Below the pieces are notes generated by a model. That model was not told the origin of the DNA, ran no database searches, and was given only the letters and a program-made list of their open reading frames with translations. From contig JBCKTZ010000002.1 in assembly GCA_038925245.1 (NCBI GenBank), forward strand, positions 11,568 through 75,567: DNA of 64,000 nt, in the 5' to 3' direction. Position 1 is the first letter of the stretch, and every line of letters begins with the position of its first letter. Source of the DNA: Gallionellaceae bacterium. Its GTDB lineage: Bacteria > Pseudomonadota > Gammaproteobacteria > Burkholderiales > Gallionellaceae. Of this stretch, positions 58,444-64,000 are shown in pieces. The position numbers and the translations under genes are program-made.

Positions 58444-58782
58444 TTAACCGAGAAATTCCACTTCAAATATCAGCGTAGCATTGCCTGGAATCACCCCGCC
58501 AGCACCCCGTGCACCATAGCCCAATGCCGCCGGTATTGTCAGTTTGCGCACGCCGCCAACTTGCATACCCTGCACCCCTTCATCCCAGCCTTTAATCACT
58601 TGGCCTGCACCGAGATTGAAATCAAAAGGCTCATTCCTGTCCTTGCTTGAATCAAACTTTGTGCCGTCTGTCAGCCAGCCGGTGTAATGAACCGAAACTA
58701 GATTGCCCGCAGTGGCTGTAGCGCCGTTACCGATGGTGATTTCTTCGTATTGCAGACCAGATGGGGTAGTAATTGTGCTCAT
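58444..58782 (-). CDS. FKBP-type peptidyl-prolyl cis-trans isomerase
   Basis: 112 aa with canonical FKBP12-like sequence ([16 protein letters not shown]..., GWDEGVQGM). Confidence 0.9.
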   Translation of the reverse strand: MSTITTPSGLQYEEITIGNGATATAGNLVSVHYTGWLTDGTKFDSSKDRNEPFDFNLGAGQVIKGWDEGVQGMQVGGVRKLTIPAALGYGARGAGGVIPGNATLIFEVEFLG

Positions 58783-58805
58783 GATTTTTCCTTGTTGATT
58801 ATAAA

Positions 58806-59657
58806 TTAATTTGCGCTGCGTTCAGCGGCCTGTACGGTGCTTGCCACCAGCATGGTGATGGTCATGGGGCCGACACCGCCAGGCACCGGGGTGATCCATC
58901 CGGCCACTTCCTTGGCGCTGTCGAAATCAACATCGCCGCACAGCTTGCCATCGGCCGGGCGATTCATTCCCACGTCGATCACTGCGGCACCGGGTTTGAT
59001 CATGTCGCCAGTAATCATACGTGCACGACCAATGGCAACGACCAGAATGTCGGCATCGCGGGTAAATTTGGCGAGGTCTACGGTCTTGGAGGTACAGATA
59101 GTGACTGTTGCGTTATGTTGTAGCAACATCAGCGCCATCGGCTTGCCCACGATGTTGCTGCGCCCGACCACCACGGCATGTTTGCCTTCGATGCTGACGC
59201 CGCTTTTCTCCAGTAGTTTTATTACGCCATAAGGTGTGCAGGGCTGGAACAAGGTGTTACCGGTAACCAGCGCACCGACGTTCATCGGATGAAAACCATC
59301 CACGTCTTTGTCCGGGCTAATGGCCAGCAGCACCTTGTTGCTGTCGATGTGTTTGGGTACCGGCAGTTGCACCAGAATGCCGTGTATTTTCGGGTTGTTA
59401 TTCAGCTCGGCAATTTTAGCCAGTAGCGTGGCTTCGGGAGTGTCGGCAGCCATCACGATGTGTTCGGAATGCAGGCCTAGTTCGGCACAGGCTTTTACCT
59501 TGTTGGCGACATACACCTTGGAAGCTGCATCTTCGCCCACGATGATGACGGCCAGCCCCGGCGTGATGCCGCGCGCCTTTAGTGCGTCGGCACGCAGTTT
59601 CCATTCGGCACGTACTTCTTGTGCGATGGCTTTACCGTCAATAATCCGGGCTGTCAT
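58806..59657 (-). CDS. folD: bifunctional methylenetetrahydrofolate dehydrogenase/cyclohydrolase
   Basis: Full-length FolD (IIDGKAIA..., [17 protein letters not shown]). Confidence 0.95.
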   Translation of the reverse strand: MTARIIDGKAIAQEVRAEWKLRADALKARGITPGLAVIIVGEDAASKVYVANKVKACAELGLHSEHIVMAADTPEATLLAKIAELNNNPKIHGILVQLPVPKHIDSNKVLLAISPDKDVDGFHPMNVGALVTGNTLFQPCTPYGVIKLLEKSGVSIEGKHAVVVGRSNIVGKPMALMLLQHNATVTICTSKTVDLAKFTRDADILVVAIGRARMITGDMIKPGAAVIDVGMNRPADGKLCGDVDFDSAKEVAGWITPVPGGVGPMTITMLVASTVQAAERSAN

Positions 59658-59717
59658 TTGTGTTCCTTTAAATTAAACATAGCAAAGCATATATTGCTGC
59701 ATAAGCAAGTATGGTAT

Positions 59718-59761
59718 GTAGGGTGCGCCGTGCGCACCATGGTGCATATGACGCACCCTAC
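59718..59761. repeat. REP family GTAGGGTGCG...CGCACCCTAC, copy 2 (inverted relative to 43619-43662)
   Basis: Seen directly. Confidence 0.7.
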
Positions 59762-59853
59762 GGTAATGATTGAGCCGATTTGTGATGTGGCATCATTGTG
59801 GTGACTGTCAAAAATGGATTATATCATTCTCGCTATTGCCGAGATAAGGACGT

Positions 59854-59880
59854 AAAAAAGGAGGGCTTACGGCCCCCCCT
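59854..59880 (-). terminator. probable rho-independent terminator of hppA
   Basis: On the minus strand, a GC-rich hairpin (GGGGGGGCC-GTAA-GCCCTCC, one bulge) is followed by TTTTTT. Confidence 0.5.
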
Positions 59881-59902
59881 TAGGTTTAGCTAAAAACGAA
59901 AT

Positions 59903-61936
59903 TTACAGCAACGGCACGATCATTAATGCAACGATGTTCATAATCTTGATCATCGGGTTGATAGCTGGACCTGCAGTGTCCTTGTAAGGATCGCCTACGG
60001 TGTCGCCGGTGACAGCAGCCTTGTGTGCATCAGAGCCCTTGCCGCCGAAGTTGCCTTGTTCGATGTATTTCTTCGCGTTATCCCATGCGCCACCGCCGGT
60101 GGTCATGGAAATCGCGACGAACAAGCCGGTAACGATGGAGCCTATCAGTACGCCACCGAGTGCCTGTGCGCCCAAAGTCAAACCAACAATCACCGGAATG
60201 GCTACAGGCAGCAATGAGGGAACGATCATTTCCTTGATTGCTGCCTTGGTCAACATATCGACGCAGGTGTCATATTCCGGCTTGGCTGTACCTTCCATAA
60301 TGCCCGGAATTTCCTTGAACTGGCGGCGAACTTCAACGACCACCGAACCAGCAGCACGACCAACCGCTTCCATGCTCATTGCTGCGAACAGGTAGGGCAC
60401 CATACCGCCGATGAGCAGGCCGATGATAACCATGTGATTGGACAAGTCGAAGGTCAACCCCGGGTGGGTGGCAGATAATGCGTGCGTGTAGTCGGCAAAC
60501 AATACCAGCGCAGCCAAACCGGCAGAACCGATGGCGTAGCCTTTAGTGACCGCCTTGGTGGTGTTGCCGACCGCATCCAGAGGATCAGTGATATTGCGGA
60601 TTTTTTCATCCAAGCCGGCCATTTCAGCAATACCGCCCGCGTTGTCGGTGATAGGGCCGTAAGCATCGATCGCCACAATGATACCGGTCATCGACAACAT
60701 CGATGTTGCCGCAATGGCGATACCATACAGGCCAGCAAATTCATAAGCGCCCCAAATCGACAAGCACACGGTCAGTACTGGTGCTGCTGTCGAGCGCATG
60801 GAAACGCCCAAACCTGCAATCACGTTAGTACCTGAACCCGTGGTGGAAGCTTGGGCAATATGTTTCACTGGGGGATACTCGGTTGCAGTGTAGTACTCGG
60901 TGATCACCACCATGGCCGCGGTCAGACCAAGACCAATCAGTGCGGCAAAGAAGAGATCCATCGAGGTATATTGCACGCCCGCTATCAACACGCCATTTCC
61001 CATCATTTTGGTGGTGATGAAATAGAATCCAATAGCTGCCAGTACTGCTGAAACGATCAGTCCGCGATACAGCGCGTTCATAATCTTGCCGCCCTCGTAG
61101 GCCTTGACGAAATAGCTGCCAACGATGGAGGCGAGTATCGAGAAGCCACCCAGTACCAGAGGATAGATCACAGCGTTGGAGTCGCCGGAAATAAGCAGGA
61201 AACCCAGCAACATGGTAGCGATGATGGTGACCGCATAGGTTTCGAAAAGATCGGCTGCCATACCTGCGCAATCGCCGACGTTGTCGCCGACGTTATCGGC
61301 AATAACGGCAGGATTACGCGGGTCATCTTCAGGAATGTTAAGTTCGATTTTACCCACCAGGTCAGCACCCACATCGGCACCCTTGGTGAATATACCGCCG
61401 CCCAGACGAGCAAAGATAGAAATCAACGAGCCACCAAAGGCGAGACTGACGAGCGCATGAATGGCGTCTTTGTCATTGGCACCCATGCCGACTGTCAGGA
61501 AGGCGTAGTAGCCGGCTACACCCAGCAAAGCCAGGCCGACAACCAACATACCGGTGATGGCGCCACCCTTGAAGGCAACGTTAAGCGCGTTGTTGAGGCC
61601 GCCGTTGGCTGCTTCACAGGTGCGAATGTTGGCACGTACCGAAACGTTCATGCCGATATAACCCGCCATGCCGGACAGAATAGCACCAATCGCAAATCCA
61701 AGCGCTGATTGCCAGCCCAAAAAGATAAATATTGGCACCAGTAAAATAACACCGACTACTGTGATCGTGGCGTATTGACGATTCAGGTAAGCGTTAGCGC
61801 CTTCCTGTATTGCTGCGGCAATTTCGCGCATGCGATCATTGCCGGTGGATAGGCTTACCAGCCATTTGGTAGTAATTGCTCCATACAGAAGCGCCGCAAC
61901 TGCGCAAGCTAGGGTGAACCATAATTCTGCTGACAT
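59903..61936 (-). CDS. hppA: membrane-bound proton/sodium-translocating pyrophosphatase
   Basis: 677 aa, multi-TM, with conserved GGG(I/A)[14 protein letters not shown] and DNVGDNVGD motifs. Confidence 0.95.
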   Translation of the reverse strand: MSAELWFTLACAVAALLYGAITTKWLVSLSTGNDRMREIAAAIQEGANAYLNRQYATITVVGVILLVPIFIFLGWQSALGFAIGAILSGMAGYIGMNVSVRANIRTCEAANGGLNNALNVAFKGGAITGMLVVGLALLGVAGYYAFLTVGMGANDKDAIHALVSLAFGGSLISIFARLGGGIFTKGADVGADLVGKIELNIPEDDPRNPAVIADNVGDNVGDCAGMAADLFETYAVTIIATMLLGFLLISGDSNAVIYPLVLGGFSILASIVGSYFVKAYEGGKIMNALYRGLIVSAVLAAIGFYFITTKMMGNGVLIAGVQYTSMDLFFAALIGLGLTAAMVVITEYYTATEYPPVKHIAQASTTGSGTNVIAGLGVSMRSTAAPVLTVCLSIWGAYEFAGLYGIAIAATSMLSMTGIIVAIDAYGPITDNAGGIAEMAGLDEKIRNITDPLDAVGNTTKAVTKGYAIGSAGLAALVLFADYTHALSATHPGLTFDLSNHMVIIGLLIGGMVPYLFAAMSMEAVGRAAGSVVVEVRRQFKEIPGIMEGTAKPEYDTCVDMLTKAAIKEMIVPSLLPVAIPVIVGLTLGAQALGGVLIGSIVTGLFVAISMTTGGGAWDNAKKYIEQGNFGGKGSDAHKAAVTGDTVGDPYKDTAGPAINPMIKIMNIVALMIVPLL

Positions 61937-62037
61937 TATTATTTCTCCTCTTTGGTTTTATTTATATGATTAGTACTAGATTAACTCCCTGATGATTTAT
62001 TACTGTAAAACAATGCTACAAAATAAAGGCCACTTCC

Positions 62038-62084
62038 AAAAATCCTGCAACATCACTTGACTTTATGATGTTGCAGGATTTTTA
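62038..62084 (-). terminator. 15-bp-stem hairpin with flanking A/T runs between pfp and hppA
   Basis: AATCCTGCAACATCA (62041-62055) pairs with TGATGTTGCAGGATT (62066-62080), and T-runs are present on both strands. Confidence 0.65.
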
Positions 62085-62104
62085 AATGTGACCCTGGCTT
62101 AAAC

Positions 62105-63364
62105 TTAGATTTTGAAATTGCCCAACTTCTTTGCTACTGCCACGTTTTTCAGACGCACATACTGGGGCAGGCCATCCTTGTAGGGTGGATAGTCTTCGCC
62201 CTTGATCAGTGGCGTAAGATAAGTGCGGCACTTCTCGGTGATGCCATAACCATCTTTGGTGATGAAATTACGCGGCATCATTTTTTCGACGTTGGCGACA
62301 TCCTTGAGTTTGGCGACGCCAATTTTCCATTTGTATGGTTTGTCAGATATGCGATCAATAGTTGGCATGACCGAATTTTCACCTTTAAGCGCGAGTTCTA
62401 CAGCCGCCTTGCCAAGCGCATAAGCCTGATCTACGTCTGTCTTGGAGGCGATATGGCGTGCTGCACGTTGCAAATAGTCGGCAACAGCCCAATGGAATTT
62501 ATAGCCCAATGCAGCCTTGATCATATTGGCTACAACAGGTGCTGCACCACCCAATTGTGAGTGACCAAAAGCATCTTTCAAACCTTGATCGGCTAGGAAC
62601 TTGCCATCTTCACCCTGCACACCTTCGGAAACAACGACGGTGCAATAACCGTGCTTTTTTACATTGCTGTCAACTCGGGCGAGGAAGGTTTTTTGATTGA
62701 AAGGAATTTCAGGGAACAGGATGACGATGGGGATTTCACATTTCTCGTCAGAAGCCAAGCCACCCGCAGCGGCAATCCAACCGGCATGGCGACCCATGAC
62801 TTCAAGCACAAATACTTTCGTGGATGTTTTGCACATGGACGCCACGTCAAAACTGGCTTCACGTGTAGATACCGCAATATATTTTGCGACAGAACCGAAG
62901 CCGGGGCAGCAGTCGGTGATAGGCAAATCGTTGTCAACTGTTTTAGGAACATGGATGGCCTGGATGGGGTAGCCCATCTTGTCTGCGAGTTGCGATACCT
63001 TCAGGCAGGTATCGGCAGAATCGCCACCACCGTTGTAAAAGAAGTAGCCAATATTGTGCGCCTTGAAAACTGCGATCAGGCGCTCGTACTGTGCCAGATT
63101 TTCAGTCAGGCTTTTGAGTTTGAAACGGCAGGAACCAAAGGCGCCGGAAGGTGTGTGGCGCAAAGCTGCGATTGCTGTTGCGGATTCTTTGCCAGTGTCG
63201 ATCAGTTCTTCGGTGAGTGCACCGATAATGCCGTTGCGTCCTGCGTAGATCTTGCCAATTTTGTCTTTATGCTTGCGTGCGGTTTCAATCAAGCCACAGG
63301 CCGATGCGTTGATGACGGCAGTTACGCCACCGGACTGTGCATAAAACGCGTTCTTCTTTGCCAT
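62105..63364 (-). CDS. pfp: pyrophosphate-dependent 6-phosphofructokinase (PPi-PFK)
   Basis: PFK family (YAQSGGVTAVINAS..., GGDGS-equivalent GGGDSA, PKTVDNDL) at ~420 aa length, the class found beside H+-PPase genes. The start is set at ATG 63364. Confidence 0.85.
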   Translation of the reverse strand: MAKKNAFYAQSGGVTAVINASACGLIETARKHKDKIGKIYAGRNGIIGALTEELIDTGKESATAIAALRHTPSGAFGSCRFKLKSLTENLAQYERLIAVFKAHNIGYFFYNGGGDSADTCLKVSQLADKMGYPIQAIHVPKTVDNDLPITDCCPGFGSVAKYIAVSTREASFDVASMCKTSTKVFVLEVMGRHAGWIAAAGGLASDEKCEIPIVILFPEIPFNQKTFLARVDSNVKKHGYCTVVVSEGVQGEDGKFLADQGLKDAFGHSQLGGAAPVVANMIKAALGYKFHWAVADYLQRAARHIASKTDVDQAYALGKAAVELALKGENSVMPTIDRISDKPYKWKIGVAKLKDVANVEKMMPRNFITKDGYGITEKCRTYLTPLIKGEDYPPYKDGLPQYVRLKNVAVAKKLGNFKI

Positions 63365-63394
63365 ACTCTTACACTCCCTGAAAGATTTAATTAT

Positions 63395-63533
63395 AGGCAC
63401 CTCTAAAAATCCAACAACGTCGTGATATTGCGTTGCTCAGAATTTTTATCGCTTACATATTATACATATGTCGCGCTCAAAAATTTCATCGCGCCCTGTC
63501 TCACTTAGAATTTTGAATTTTTAGAGGCGCCCT
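63395..63533. mobile_element. MITE-like element, family A, copy 3, ~30 nt upstream of the pfp start codon
   Basis: AGGCACCTCTAAAAATCC ... GAATTTTTAGAGGCGCCCT. About 85% identical to copy 1. Confidence 0.65.
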
Positions 63534-63790
63534 TATCGCCACGATATCGTGGTAGTTCGGTGAAGCAAAACGTTTCCAAAAAACCGTCATTGGCACCTGA
63601 CTCGATATTTTTGAGTGCTCTTTAAAGGCGGTGATCAGGAAAAGCATAATTGTTGCAGTGGATATATTACGCCATTTTTGAATTTACCTCGAGGAGGTTT
63701 TTGTGACAGGAGGTTCTTGTGCCCTTTAGGGTATGAAACCGAAAGATAGTTCCAGGAAAGTATTTGTAGCTATTCGGTTACACTATTGGG

Positions 63791-64000
63791 ATGAAACTGA
63801 CCCATGCTTGGAACCCGGCAGCCTTGCTGCAATCGCCTTTTTTTACCCCGCTTCAACCCGTAATTGTTGGTTTTGGCGATACACAATTCCCATGCTTGGC
63901 TGACTGGAATGCATTGCTTGCCAAGCATAATCCCTGCCTTTCCGTGCAGTGCGGTCAGCCATTGCGCTTTGTGGCACAGGAGCAAGGCAAGTTGGGATTT
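63791..64000 (+). CDS. hypothetical protein, 5' part only (open to the window end)
   Basis: ATG at 63791 with an uninterrupted frame to the edge (MKLTHAWNPAALLQSPFFTPLQPVIVGF...). It is not in the ORF track because no stop is reached, and the product is unrecognised. Confidence 0.3.
   Translation, partial: MKLTHAWNPAALLQSPFFTPLQPVIVGFGDTQFPCLADWNALLAKHNPCLSVQCGQPLRFVAQEQGKLGF

Noticed and set aside
63770-63985. A 71-aa minus-strand ORF at the window end.
   Set aside because: It is antisense to a longer frame that stays open to the window edge (63791 onward) and looks more protein-like. Neither is strongly supported, and only the plus-strand partial ORF is reported, at low confidence.

Overview
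This is a 64-kb chromosomal window, probably from a betaproteobacterium. That assignment is inferred from gene content only: an earP-efp pair, PPi-PFK next to an H+-PPase, a monomeric IDH, and dRS3-like ATTCCC-N8-GGGAAT repeats. Most of the window is housekeeping: purB, mnmA, nfeD/SPFH, tgt-yajC-secD-secF, clpS-clpA, cspA, icd, rluE, aspS, a barnase/barstar pair, nudB, rne/rluC, scpAB, a yejABEF-like peptide ABC importer, mltD, earP-efp, htpX, mlaA, folD, hppA and pfp. There is one clear accessory region, a ~13.3-kb island (5168-18455) integrated into tRNA-Leu(CAA) and bounded by a 22/23-nt direct repeat. It carries a P4-type tyrosine integrase, an AlpA-like regulator and a P4-family primase/helicase, with no virion genes, which is a satellite/PICI-like layout. 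Its cargo end is the best candidate for something undescribed. That end holds an XRE regulator with a perfect palindromic operator, an SNase-type nuclease, and two exported trypsin-like proteases. The proteases share a C-terminal protease cassette ending in ECWK, but one has Sel1 repeats upstream and the other has WG repeats. The cargo end also holds an 11-C homopolymer tract and about 1 kb of GC-rich, ORF-less, helix-rich DNA next to the att site. The core genome is heavily colonised by at least six families of palindromic or MITE-like repeats. Several sit inside operons (nfeD-SPFH, secD-secF), one truncates a dedA gene, and one is inserted in frame into the yejF-like ATPase. All functional calls come from reading the translated ORFs and the DNA by eye. 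No database search was run.
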